Positions 36,661-49,185 of a stretch of 64,000 nt of DNA are shown one piece after another. The notes under the pieces were generated by a model. It saw nothing but the letters and a program-made list of their open reading frames with translations, searched no databases and was not told where the DNA came from. Origin of the DNA: Malacoraja senta (taxonomy: Eukaryota). Numbering within the stretch: position 1 is the first letter of the stretch; the number at the start of each line of letters is the position of its first letter. A program made the translations under genes and the position numbers. The stretch covers positions 3,970,001 through 4,034,000 of the forward strand of contig CM075995.1 of the NCBI GenBank assembly GCA_038087875.1, written 5' to 3'.

Positions 36661-38624
36661 AGGACAGGGAGAGATTAAGGATTAATGTTATGGTGATTTG
36701 GTGCAATAAGGCAAAGCGAATTGGACAAGGATCCAACGAGTAAAGACAAAATGGCTACAGGCTTAGACGTTAATAGATTGGAGGTTGTGCATAATGAAAG
36801 TGTACATTGCTACACCATCAGAAGAGGGCAGGCCACATCCGAGCTGCTTGTGAGTAATGATTCAGAAGCTTATATTAATGAACGGTTTTCTACATCCCTT
36901 CACTTTATTTGAAGTGTATTGGCTGTTAATTACATTAAATATGACGGGTAAGATGCAAACTCCTACAAAACTGCAAAGTGATAATTGTCTGAAAATGTTT
37001 TCTGTAATGTTGATCGAGGGATTAAAATTGGCCAGACAACAGTGATAACTCATCTGCGCTTTGCCAAAACAGTTCCTTGCAGATTTGTTACATTCCCCCA
37101 AATGAACAACTCAGAAACTCATCTTAACATCTTGTCAAAAAGCTGACACCATGAACAGTACAGTACTCTTCACGGCTACAGTGGAGAGTCGGCTGAGGTA
37201 CTTGTGCCCTACAATGTGTTTTGAACCCACAAAGTTTGGGCTCAAAGGCAACTATGAAGCAACACAGTGGTGCAGCGGTAGAGTTGCTGCCTTACAGAGC
37301 CAGAGACTGGGTTCAATCCTGACGACGGGCGCTGTCTGTACGGAGTTTGTACATTCTCCCTGTGACCACGTGGGTTTTCTCCAGGTGCCCCGGTTTCCTC
37401 CCACGCTATAAAGTCGTACAGGTTTGTAGGTTATTTGGCTTTGGTAAAGATTGTCAATTGTCCTGTGTAGGATAGTGTTAAGGGATCGCTAGTCGGCACA
37501 TACTCGGTGGGCCAAACCTTCTGAACCTTCTGAATTTGTAGTCGGCAGGGCAGTACTCTGCATATCGCCAGCTTGGATGTGTTGTGCATACTAACGTGCT
37601 ATTAGTAGGTATGTTACAATACTTATCTTCAGCAGCGCTGCAATTCTGCCACTGGCCGTGTGCGCGATTTTGGCGCCTTTGAGGGGGGGCGGGGTTAAAA
37701 CGCGGGTTTCTCCTACCTTGTCCTGAATTATATTTTGTTGGAGTGCCAGCGTTTGCTGAAAAATCGTTCCGACGGGCGTTTGTGTATTTTCTATTTTTAT
37801 TCGATCGACAAGTTCAGCACTGGAATTATTTTAAAATCAGCTTCGAAAGCTGTCAACGCCGACAACGGGGACGGATTTCACGCACGGGACAGGTAAACGA
37901 AAGCAGTTTATTTTATGTATAAAAGTGCTTCTTAAGAGGCCTTTAATTCACATTTATTAATGCAAAACGGTGATTCTTTTCCCCAAACTAACGGCAGAAT
38001 TTTTCATGCCGATACGGGGTTAAAATCACCGCAAATCAACGTTCCAAATGATCGCGTTCCAGAAAAACCCACTCGCAAGATGATTTAAATGCCCATTAAT
38101 TTACAGGTGTTAAACATTAAATTCCTTCCATTTGGCCTGTAAATCCGTGACAATGAGATTTAAAAATTATGTTATATGGTGAATTCTTGTGTGAATGTTA
38201 TTTGGACACTTAGGCTATTTAAAAATGTTAATCTATTCTTAAGAAATTAATAGATGTTTAGATCTAGTAATTGAATTTTGTAATTAGCTACAATTAGGTA
38301 ACTAACTAATTATATGCTTTAATTTCATGTCATCTAAGTAAGATTGTTTCATATTTGTTTCAGAATGCTTCAATCTATAATAACTGAAAACAAATTTCAG
38401 TTCTCTTAATTTTTACGAAAGTTATGGGCTTTTGACTGTCCTCGATCACAACTTTTGTGTTAAGTCAATGGAAAAGCAATAGGGAACAAGATGCTAATTT
38501 CTGAGTATGAAAATGGCCATAATTTTTTTTATACTGATGATATGAAAGTGAATTAAAGGTCTGTCTCACTGTGCGAGTTGACCCACGAGTGACCCCGAGT
38601 GAAAGACTCGTGGTTGCGTACGAT

Positions 38625-40432
38625 ACTTCCGGAAGTGGCGGCGCTGTTGCACAGCTGCGGCTCGCCTGCAGTCCGTCTGTTTTTACTTTTTTTGTTGTTT
38701 TCTTTTGTCCTGTTTTAGTTAAATGTTAGTTTATTGGGTTGTGTACGTGTGGGGTGGGGGGGGGGGGTGAAACATGATTTTTGTCTCTTCCTTCGGGGAA
38801 TGCGACTTTTTCTTGTCGTATCCCCCTTCTAGAATAGAATAGAATAGAATAGAATAGAATAGAATAGCCTTTTATTGTCATTCAGACCGAAGTCTGAACG
38901 AAATTGAAGCAGTCGTACATAAAACAACAATAAACACACATTAACATCCACCAAAGTGAGTCCACCCAACATCTCCTCACTGTGATGGAGGCAAAAGTCT
39001 TAGGTCTGCAGTCTCTTCCCTCCTCTTCTCCCTCTGCGCTGAAGCGATACCCCCCGGGCAATGTTTCCCGCGGCTCAAACACCGCGGCCCGGGGTGGTCG
39101 AAGCTGCCGCCCACCAGTCCTGCAAACGCAGCCGCTGGCCCGCGGCCGAACCCCGGACTCAGGCCACCACCACCAGAACACCGTCCCAGCCACCCTCACG
39201 TGAGTACCATCTTCAGCCTCGGTCTGGGCTGCCCTGACATGGGCGTCGCTTCTCCCTCGGGCCGGGCCACCCCGACATGGGCATCGCTTCTCCTCCCGGC
39301 CGGGCCACCCCGACATGGGCATCACTTCTCCCCCCGGCTGGGCCGCCCCGACATGGGCACCGAACTTCCCTCGGGCTGCGAGCGCCGCACCTCCCTGAGC
39401 TCGGCCGCTCCAACGGGAGCCTCGTTCCACCCTTGGGCTCCCCGCCCTCACGAGAGCGCCACAACCTCACGGGAGCACTGTTCCAGCCCTGAGCCGGACC
39501 GCCCTCATGGGAGCGAGCTCAGGGCGAGTCCTGACGGGCTCTGCCTCCGGAGCCTCGAGGTCATCAGCTCCATTAGGCCTCAACGCAGACGGAGGCAGAG
39601 AAGGGGAATACGACAAAAAAGTCGCATTCCCCCGCAGGGAGAGACTGCAAACCCCGTTACAACCCCCCACCCCCCCCCAAAACACAAACTAAAAACCAAA
39701 AACTAGACTAACCAAAACAAAATAAACAACACAAAAAACACAAACAAACAGGACTGCCGATGAGCCGCTGAAGCCAGTGCCGCGCCGCCACTTCTCTGCC
39801 TCCGTCTGCGCTGAGGCCTAATGGCGGAGCTGCTGGCCTCCAACTCCAACTGCGACCGACCGACCTCGAGGCTCCGGAAGCAGAGCCAGGACTTACCAGC
39901 GCGGGGCTGGCCGGCTTCAGGGCTGCAGTGGCGTTCCAGCGGTGGCGACCGAGGACGCTGGTGGCGACCTGAGTCCGGAGGCTCGGCCGCGGGCCCGGTG
40001 GACGACATCATCGGGTGCTCGCAGGTCACAGGTGGGTGACCTGTTTTTCTGGGGCTCCCGCAACTACAGCTGCGTCCGCTGGACTGGAGGGCGGCAGCTT
40101 CGGCCGCCCCGGGCCGCGGAGTTTGAACCGGCCCGTCGCGGAGCGGAGCTCGGATTCAGCCGCGGGACTGACTTGCCATCACCCAGCGGGGTCACAACGT
40201 CAGAAGCCTGGATCGCCTCAGTGCAGAGGGAGAACAAAGAGGGAAGAGACAGAGACTTTAAGACTTTGCCTCCATCATAGTGAGGAGGTGCCTGGTGAAC
40301 TCACTGTGGTGGATGTTAATTTGTGTTTATTGTGTGTTTTGTTATTTATTATATGTATGACTGCAGGCAACGAAATTTCGTTCAGACCGAAAGGTCTGAA
40401 TGACAATAAAGGAATCTAATCTAATCTAATCT
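38625..40432 (+). mobile_element. GC-rich non-coding retroposon, copy C (split by copy D)
   Basis: Head ACTTCCGGAAGTGGCGGCG. Body resumes at 39791. Tail TTCAGACCGAAAGGTCTGAATGACAATAAA(CTAAT)n. Confidence 0.72.
38831..39790 (-). mobile_element. GC-rich non-coding retroposon, copy D, nested in inverse orientation in copy C
   Basis: Head (GAAG)TGGCGGCGCG, (ATTCT)n tail, CTTCT at both junctions and an internal ~38-bp tandem repeat (39225-39360). Confidence 0.75.
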
Positions 40433-40611
40433 ACTACAAGTTTATGATCCAGTGTTTAACCGAGTTCCCACGGGTATGTCTAAGTTTCCCGTTTACTTCT
40501 CATTTCTGCGATGTTCCAAGTTCGTCTCCCGAGTGTACCAAGTTCCTCTCCCGTTAATCTTGAGGCAACAATGTATATCGAAGTGTTGAAAAATCATCAC
40601 ATGTTAAAAAA

Positions 40612-40923
40612 ATGATGTCATGCCAGCCAAAGAACGTAGAGACTATTGTGTTTGCTGCATGTGTTCTGCACAACCTGATCCGTATCAGAGGTGCAGCTTC
40701 AGGATCAGCAACAGCCATGCAGGACGGTGACTTAGTGGACAGTCAAACAGGGAGAATAACACTAGGTGCGTGGAGGAGTGGTACAAACGACGAGACTTTG
40801 GTGCCACTGCAGTGTTTTCGAGGTAACACGGGGACCAACAGTGCAAAAGAGCAGAGAGACCATCTCTGCTCCTACTATAATTCAGAATTGGGCAGTGTGC
40901 CGTGGCAGGACAGCTTATTTTGA
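40612..40923 (+). pseudogene. Harbinger DDE transposase C-terminal remnant
   Basis: IVFAACVLHNLIR...RDHLCSYY...GSVPWQ is typical of PIF/Harbinger transposase C-termini, and it lies inside TIRs. Confidence 0.85.
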
Positions 40924-43146
40924 GCGGCTGCCGACCACAGGTACATCACTGCATGAGGAGAGCCCACATGCAGAAAAATCCAGTTAATTTCATGTTTAGT
41001 TTAAATCCTGCTGACTTTTCTTTGTTTAACTTTAAGTGTGGATTTTATTTTTTATTGTGGTGTAAAAGTAATTTCATTGCATCTGTCTTTCCTTTAAAAC
41101 GTGGTTATCATGCATCTGCTTATCTGATTGTAGATCTCAAATCTTGTCATTTAGCGCATTGCATTGTATCTTTTATTGCCTGAATTTAGACTAGTGCATT
41201 TCTCAGCTGAATTAGTATATCGTGGAAATACTTTTATTTGTTGATTTTCATGTATGAGAAGCCCTTTTTCAGACCACTGTGTTGTTTGCTGTGGTGCTCC
41301 TTTTCACATGTGCAAAAAAGCGTTTTTTATATTGAACAAGATGAATAAAGACTTTGTTTCACATTCACCGTGCTGTTTGTCTTATTTTCTGATCTACTGA
41401 GAGGGGACAATTTTAAACATTTAAAAAGCACAGCATATGAGGCAGCTGTCCTTAAATCTCATAAATGATTGTGAGAATCAAGATGTGAATATATGTTGCC
41501 TTCCTCTATTTTGTGTTTTATGATGAAAGGAATATGACATTCAAGTCATGAGACTTTGTAGTGATATTAAAATGAAGACTTCCAGACATCAATTTGATCT
41601 TGATAGCAAAGAACTCTCTTTTATTGTGCAATGAAGTAAACAAACAGTGAGAATCAAACGGATCAGCAAAAAGCTTTTCAACACAACACAACACAACACA
41701 AATTTATATATAAACTTCAAGCAATTTTTTCTTTTCAACCCACTCTATCACCTTATCAATAACTTGCTTAACTTTGTTAAGCAGAATTTGTCTTTAAAAA
41801 GTCTAAGTAACTGATATTTCTGTCCCTGATTATTGTTTCTAAAAAGAGTTCCCACGGTAGAATCACGAGTCACAAAGTTAAACGCGCGGGCCACTACGTT
41901 CTTACAACGAGTTTAAAATGTTTCAAATTTTAACTTCAAGAGTACATTTTACTCGTGGAAAAGTTCAAACATGTTTGAACTTTTGCAAGAGTTAACAAGT
42001 TTCACGTGTACCTCCCGTTAGCGCCAAAAGTCGCTAAGTTGCGTCCACGAGTTCCGACGTTCCCGCTACGTTAATTGTACGTGATTACCACGAGTTAAAT
42101 TTGTTTTAAACTCGGGGTCACTCGTGGGTCAACTCGCACAGTGAGACAGCCCTTTTAGGTGTCAAATTAAACGTCTTTTTATGCTTTATCTGATGGGATA
42201 AATTACAGACTTGATTTTTTAAATCTCAAAATGTTGTAACATTGCTACTGTTAGTGCCCCCTTAAAACTGTCTAGTGAAGGTGATTTGACTATATTGTTG
42301 TCTAGTTTATTCCATACCCTTAAGGTTCTTACAAAGAATGAGTTCTTATAAATATATGTCCTGGCGAATAGGGTTTCTATTTGCATATCATTTCTCTTTC
42401 TTGTTCACCTTTCTGTTGAGTATGTTATGTATCTATCTGCAGTTGTGCCCACGATCCCCTTTTGAATCTTGTACAACATGGCTAGTCTGTTCCTTGCCCT
42501 TCCTGTTTCCAGCGTTTCCCACTCCAGGTCGGACAGCATCTGGGTAACACTGCTACCTCTATTGTAGTTCCCGATGCAAGAGCGTGCTGCTTTCCTCTGT
42601 ACCCCTTCTAGTTTGTTGATATGACCAGTTTTGTATGGGTCTCAGGCGCATGAAACGTATTCCAGTAAGGGTCTAACCAATGTTGTATATGCTGTGGTTT
42701 TCACTTCCTTTGGGCAGAACCAGAGGTTTCGTCTGAGGAGTCCTAATGTCCGGTTGGCTTTAGTGACCGTGTTGTCCACGTGTTCCCTCCACGAAAGCTT
42801 GCAAAGGGCCTGTCTCCGCGCTGTATCTCTGAACTAAACTAAACTAAAGTAACCCTATGGTTCTTCTTCTTGAACACTCTCAGGGATGAAGGCTAGTTGC
42901 TTCCACTCCAGTTCTGTGTCTTGAAGTGACTGCTCCGGGCAATGTTGGCCACACAATATAGGCACAGGTTGAGCAGTAGGTATTGGGCTGCTGTGTGCTC
43001 TCGACAAATATAAACAAGATTCTAGGTGCTGTCCCAAATGACGCTGGACTTTTGAGCAGTCATGGGACAGGGATTTCCACGGATGCTGCCTGACCTATCG
43101 ATTGTTACAGTATTTTATTTATTTTATTTAAAATGCTACACAGCTA

Positions 43147-43453
43147 GGGTGGCACGGTGCAGAGAGGGGTCGAGTTGCTGCCTTACAGCACTTACAGCGC
43201 AGGAGACCCGGGTTCGATCCCGACTACTGGTGCTGTCTGTACGGAGTCCGCACGTTCTCCCTGTGACCTGCGTGGGTTTTCTCCGAGATCTTCATTCCTC
43301 CCACACTCCAAAGACGTACAGGTTTATAGGTAAATTGGCTTGGTAAATGTAACAATTGTCCCCAGTGTGTGTAGGGTAGTGTTAATGTGCGGGTATCGTT
43401 GGTCGTCGTGGACGAAGGGCCTATTTCCGCACTGTATTTCTAAACTAAACTAA
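43147..43453 (+). mobile_element. V-SINE
   Basis: Head, body and tail present. Confidence 0.82.
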
Positions 43454-44157
43454 GCAACGTAATGGATTAAACTCTGGGGATGTGGCCAGGATCGACAAAC
43501 AAGGTTTCCATTAACTCAAACTAGCTTTTTAGTTTGGGAAGGGTCATAAGAAGCATTCACAGTGTGTGCCCAACTGCAGTGGAATAATTTGCATTTCAAG
43601 AGAGCTTTTAATGCAGACTTAATTTACAATTATCAATGTTCCACATCATTAATTTTGCCTTACCCCTCACTGACTCACACAGTTGGAATCTATATTAGAG
43701 GTGGTTCCAATTCCACCCTTTTCCATTGCCTTTCTCACTGGAGTTACTTTGAATGTGAATTGAAGAAAGCTAAAAGTAATTTGGGCAGTAAACTTTCTTA
43801 CCTCTGGCTGAAACGCTTTCAACTTCTGTTTACACATTTGAAATAGGAAGATAAAAATGTTCATATTGCAAATGTGTAAACTTTAGTCATAACTCATCAC
43901 CACATATGGTCTAGCTGCCTGTCTCTCTCAGTTGGTATTCGCCCAGATTTCCCACCTACTCTGTTGCAGTCTGCTACTTTTGCAAGGAAAATATCTCCAC
44001 TGGCACTGCGTCTCCTGTCTGTCTTTTCCTCATTCGCAAGTCTCAGCAACAATTGACTGTGTGGATTCACATTCACATCCTTAAGCCAAGGTGCCATCAA
44101 GTTTCATTGATCATGCAATTGTGAGACTTTGGCCACTGAACCGGAAGTCCATGTCCT

Positions 44158-44465
44158 GTTTTAGTTTGGTTTAGTTTAGTTTAGAGATACATCACGGACA
44201 TTGGCCCTTTGGCCCACCGAGTCTGCGCCGACCAGCGATCCCCGCACACTAGCACTATCCTACACACACCAGGGACAATTTATACTCTTTTTATCAAAGC
44301 CAATTAATCAACAAACCTGTACGTCTTTGGAGTGTGGGAGGAAACCTGGAGAAAACCCACGCAGCTCACGGGGAGAACGTGCAGCACAAACTCCATCCAT
44401 CCGCAGTCAGGATCGAACCCAGGATTCTGGCGCTGCAACTCTACCACTACGTCACCCTGCCGCCC
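44158..44465 (-). mobile_element. V-SINE
   Basis: Tail, body and degenerate head. Confidence 0.78.
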
Positions 44466-44689
44466 TTTTAACACAATGTTGGAAGTGCTGTCCTTCGGAT
44501 GTGATGTTACATCATCTGCTATGTTATATCTGCCCTCTTAGTTTTGACATTACGTGGAAGAATAAAATACTGAGCGAATAGGCCATTTTATGGGGTGGAG
44601 TATGATGCCTTGGGTAAATAGAGGATAGATAGATAGTTAAATAGTTGCATAGTTGCTATTTGGCAGACTAAACCTGCTATGTGAGAATA

Positions 44690-45345
44690 AGATGCTGGAG
44701 GAACTCAATGGGTCGGGCAGCATCTCTGGAGGGATTGGGACCCTTTTTCAGACTGATTGGGCAAAGCCATTAAATGGTAGATGGATAAAGATGAGATAGG
44801 GAGCTTCTTGGTTGCAAGATGGGTGGAATAAGTGACAAAGGCCAGCAGTGAAAAGGAGACAAAATGGTGTAAGATAAGGAGAAAAAAGAGTATCAGAGGA
44901 AGGGATGTAGGTGGAAAGGGATGGAGGGAAGGGAAAAGGGGGTAGCTGTGGAAAGTTGGTAGCTGAGATAGTGAGAGAAATTGGTACGCATCCTAGTGGA
45001 GCATAGGGAAGAGAGGGAAAAGGGAGGGGAGGTTTATCTAAAATTGGAGAATTCAATGTTCATACCATTGGGTTGTAAGTGACCCAAGCAGAATATAAAG
45101 TGCTATTCCTCCAGTTTATGGGTGGCCTCACTCTGGCAATGGAGGAGGCCCAGAACAGAAAGATCATTGTGGAGATGAAGTAGAGAGTTAAAATGGTTAG
45201 CAACTGGGAGATCCAGCAGACTTAGGCCCAATGTTTGGTGAAATTGGCACAGGCATCGGTGAAACCTAGTGTTTTGTCTAACACTTGCCAAACACCAAAG
45301 CCCGCTGGTGTCCCAGTTGTTGACCATTTTAACTTCCCTTCCCAT
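44690..45345 (-). mobile_element. Old Penelope-like 3' fragment with a short inverted piece
   Basis: DLPVANHFNS...DLSVLGLLHCQSEATHKLEE in ORF 45103-45375 plus terminal repeat remnant. Confidence 0.7.
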
Positions 45346-46234
45346 TGGAAAAAGATGAATCATGGAAGAGCCCAAAGCAAATCGTCGAGTTTATTGGTTC
45401 TGCACAAGTAGGTGAGGTACAGGTGCAATGAAAATCTTGCATGCAGCAGCATCACAGACAAACATGCAAACATAAATTACACGTAAATTAGACATAAAGT
45501 ACACATAAGTACTGCAAGACAGTGAAAAGAAACAGAGTGCAAAAACCACAATATTAGCATAAAACACAATTTGAAAACAAGTCCATGATAGTGCATGAGG
45601 TGGGCTGTAGTAACATAGAAAAATAGGTGCAGGAGGAGGCCATTGGCCCTTCGAGTGCCAAGGTAGGATTGGGGTATTGGTATTGGTTTATTAATGTCAC
45701 GTGTACCAAGATACAGTGAAAAGCTTTGCGTAATATCCAGTCCATACATGAGTACAATAAAGCCATGCGCAGGTACTACAAAGTGAAAAATACCAATGTG
45801 CAGAATGTAGTGTTACATTATTATAACATTAAATTTACAGAGAAAATTCAGGAGTCAAAGTCAAAGTCAATTTTATTCGTCACATGCTCCCGAAGGTGCA
45901 GTGAAATGAATTTACATACATAGATGCATAGAAAATAGGTGCAGGAGTAGGCCATTCGGCCCTTCGAGCCTGTACCGCCATTCAATATGATCATGGCTGA
46001 ATTTGGAAGCAGGAAAGCAAAAGTGCAAGGGCCGCAATAAGGTAGGTTGAGAGATCAGGTGTAATGGCTTGGCTTATGAGAGGACCATTCAGTAATCTGA
46101 TAATAGCAGGGAAGAAGCTGTTCCTGAAACAGGTAGCACATACTTTAAAGCTTTTGTACCTTCTACCTGACAGGGGAGGGGAGAAGAGGAAATGACTGGA
46201 GTGTGAATGGTCCTAGAATATGTTGTCTGCTTTG

Positions 46235-46527
46235 GACACAAAATGCTGGAGTAACTCAGCGGGTCAGACAGCAGCTCTGGAGAAAAGGAATAGGTTACGT
46301 TTTGGGTCGAGACCGTTCTTCAGACTGAGTCGGGGGAAAGGGAAACGAGAGATATAGATGGTGATATCTCTGGTTTCCCTTTCCCCTGGCTCTCAGTCTG
46401 AAGAAAGATCTCGACCTGAAACATCAGCTATTCCTTCTCTCCAGAGATGCTGTCTGACCCCTTGGGTTACTCCAACTTTTTGTGTCCACCTTCAGTTTAA
46501 AGCAGCATCTGCAGTTCCTTCCTACAC
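46235..46527. mobile_element. Fold-back Penelope-derived miniature element with two opposed hammerhead remnants
   Basis: Inverted arms GGACACAAAA...CAGACTGAG / CTCAGTCTGAAGA...TTTTGTGTCC. Confidence 0.72.
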
Positions 46528-47591
46528 AAGTTTTCTGCTTTCCCATGTCAGCGTGAAGTTAGATGGAGCTGATGAGGGAAATGGACTACATCTACAACTC
46601 TAAACATTCTTGGAGTCTTGAGAAGAACTGTTCCCAAGCAAAGCTGTGAAGCGGCCTCAATAGGATGCTTTCCACTAAACATCAGGAGAAGTCGGTAAGA
46701 GTCATCGGAGACATGATGAACTTCCTCAATCTCCTGAGGAAGTAGAGGCTTTTGTGCACTTTCTTGGCCTTCGTCGGGTGGTGTGGGTTGGTTCAAGAAC
46801 CTGAGATAAGAGTTCTGTTGTTTGTAGCAATATAGCCGTTGATGAACCTGGTGGTGTGTGGGACCGCAGATAGCTGTGAGAAGAGGGCATTGCAGCACTG
46901 TGCAATGCCAAGTAAACTGTAAAAACTAACTGCAGCCAAGTCTCCTTCTTTTTGCTTATCTCAGGAGGATTTTTGTCTTGTGAAATTATGTCACTGACAA
47001 GTTAATTGGATCTCTCAAAACCATTTAACATACTGGTTATATTGAGGAATCTTTCTCCCAGATCTTTCTGGTTGAAATCTGAAGCTGGTTCCCTAGAATA
47101 AAGACTACACACAAATTTGAGAAACAGCACCTCATATTCCACTTGGGCATCTTACAAATCAGCAGTATGAACATTGATTTATCTCATTTCAAGTAACTCC
47201 TGCATTCTTTTCTCCCAAACACCCCCCCCCTCCCCTCCCCCCCTACACCCTAGTCACCCTACTAGTTCCACTGTTTGCATCCTTCTATCCCTGTCATTAG
47301 CACATCTTCTCCTGTCAACAATGGGCCATTGTGGGCTCCACCCTTCCTGAGGTCATGTTCTCTTCTGGCCTTCTCTCTTTCAGTCTGAAGAAAGGTTCTG
47401 ACCCGAATCGTCAGCTATTCCTTTTCTCCAGAGATGTCATCTCACCCACTGAGATACACCAGAATTTCGTGCCCACCCTATATTAAAAGCCAGTTTTCTT
47501 TCTCCCTGCTAATCGTTTCAAACCAGCTCAGATTTTGATCTTAATTCATTTTTTGGGATGTGGGGTCGTAAAGGCAGCATTTATTGCCAAC

Positions 47592-47815
47592 GGTAGACAA
47601 AAATGCTGGAGAAACTCAGCGTCTATGGAGCGAAGGAAATAGGCAACGTTTTGGGCCAAAACCCGTCTTTAGCTCTTAGGCCTAATGGAATCAAGAGTTT
47701 CGGCCCGAAACATTGCCTATTTCCTTCGCTCCATAGATGCTGCCGCACCCTGCTGAGTTTCTCCAGCACTTTTGTCTACCTTCTATTTTCCAGCATCTGC
47801 AGTTCCTTCTTAAAC
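47592..47815. mobile_element. Fold-back Penelope-derived miniature element
   Basis: GGTAGACAAAAATGCTGGAGAAACTCAGC... and its reverse complement enclose a short CR1-derived spacer. Confidence 0.72.
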
Positions 47816-48734
47816 ATTTATTGCCAACGATTGTTTTTGTGACCTCTGTGGCCATCATTGATTTCCATTTTGCTTAAATAAGTGAAAATACTCCTCAGAT
47901 TCTTCAACTGCATCATAAGTTCTTGGTGGACCAATAATTAGGTTGTGACCTAACTTATGAAACTCTTCTAGTTTAATGAGATGTTATTTTTTGTTATATT
48001 AGTGAAGCTCTTTATGCTTTATGCTAGCATAATCAGGATAACCGAGTTCATTTAATTCCTCCAGTGCATTTAATAAAAAATAGTCAGTAAAAATCCTTCT
48101 TCTCTGCATGCTCTTCATTTAAAAAGCAGAGCACCTTCAGAGCACGAATAGCACCTTCAGACAAGCTTAAAAGAACCATGCAAGAAGAAGGGTCTCGACC
48201 AGAAACGTCACCTATTCTTCGCTCCATAGATGCTGCCTCACCCACTGAGTTTCTCCAGCATTTTTATCTACCTTCCATTTTCCCAGCATCTGCAGTTCAT
48301 TCTTAAACATGCAAGAGGGATATGCCATGTTCACAAAGGCAAATCATCATCAAGAGAGAATTAGATTTAGCTCTTAGGGCTAATGGAATCAAGGGTTATG
48401 GGGGGAAAAGCAGGAACAGGGTACCGATTTTGGATGATCAGCCATAGTCATATTGAATGGCGTTGCTGGCTCAAAAGGCCGAATGGCCCTTATATCATGG
48501 ACATGCTCTTCACAAATTTACACAGTGAGACTTCTAAGAATTTCTCAAATGCAAAGTAAACCAAATAGTTCAAAATTATGTGTAGGAAGGATCTGCTGAT
48601 GTCGATTTATACCGAAGATAGACACAAAATGCTGGAGTAACTCAGCAGGACAGGCAGCATCTCCGGAGAAAAAGAATAGGTGAAGTTTTGGTTCTAGACC
48701 CTTCTTCAGACCAGGCAGCAGGTACCCAGACCTG

Positions 48735-49185
48735 TTATGGAGTCATAGAGTTAAACAGTGTGGAAACAGACCCTTCAGCTCAACTTGCCCACATCAGCTA
48801 CACTAGTCCCACCTGGCCACGTTTTGGCTCCTATCCCTCAAAACCTGTCCTATCCATGTACTTGTCTAACTGTTTCTTCAATGTTGGGATAGTCCCAGCC
48901 TCAATTACCTCCTCTGGCAGCTTTTTCCAGACATCCACCACCCTTTGTGTGAAAAAGTTACCCCTCAGATTCCTATTAAATCTTTTCCCCTTTCACCTTA
49001 AACCTATGTCCTCTGGTCCTCGATTCACCTACTCTGGGCAAGGAACTCTGTGCATCTACCTGATCTATTCCTCTCATGATTTTATGCACCTCTATAAAGA
49101 TCACCCTCATCCTCCTGTGCTCCAAGGTCCCAGCCAATTCAACCTCTCCCTATAGCTCAGACCCTCTCGCCAGGCAACATCCTTT
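48735..49185 (-). mobile_element. CR1 LINE 3' fragment
   Basis: Reverse complement of the 18878-19425 type. Confidence 0.78.

Larger units (their letters stand above)
38556..42154 (+). mobile_element. Internally deleted PIF/Harbinger transposon
   Basis: 45-bp TIRs (AAGG.CTGTCTCACTGTGCGAGTTGACCCACGAGTGACCCCGAGT). TTA at 38553-38555 and 42155-42157. Contains a transposase remnant. Confidence 0.9.
37606..42247. mobile_element. TAG...CTA non-autonomous DNA transposon, copy 2, interrupted at 38555
   Basis: 37606-38555 plus 42158-42247 is colinear with 32859-33903. Flanks are CTATTAG and CTGTTAG. Confidence 0.8.
37517..42801 (-). mobile_element. Divergent CR1-group LINE 3' fragment (coding 42255-42800; 3' UTR 37517-37600), split by nested insertions
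   Basis: Manual minus-strand translation gives KANRTLGLLRRNLWFCPKEVKTTAYTTLVRPLLEY...DPY...LEGVQRKAAR...SSVTQML...YKNSFFVRTLRVWNKL. Tail is (TTCAGAAGG)n. Confidence 0.75.
37260..42848 (+). mobile_element. V-SINE split into 37260-37516 and 42802-42848
   Basis: ACTCGGTGGGCCAAA is continued by AAGGGCCTGTCTCCGCGCTGTATCTC...(CTAAA)n 5.3 kb downstream. Confidence 0.8.

Noticed and set aside
36356..36736. Low-complexity ORFs (LS, EG, ER repeats)
   Set aside because: They are translations of a (GGAGAG)n microsatellite.
38882..40419. Overlapping 100-190 aa ORFs in GC-rich elements (also 7417-7926 and 29893-30484)
   Set aside because: Open in several frames on both strands because of GC content, not conserved between copies, and without protein motifs.
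40612..40923. Domesticated HARBI1-like host gene
   Set aside because: Only the C-terminal third of a transposase, lying inside TIRs with a TSD.
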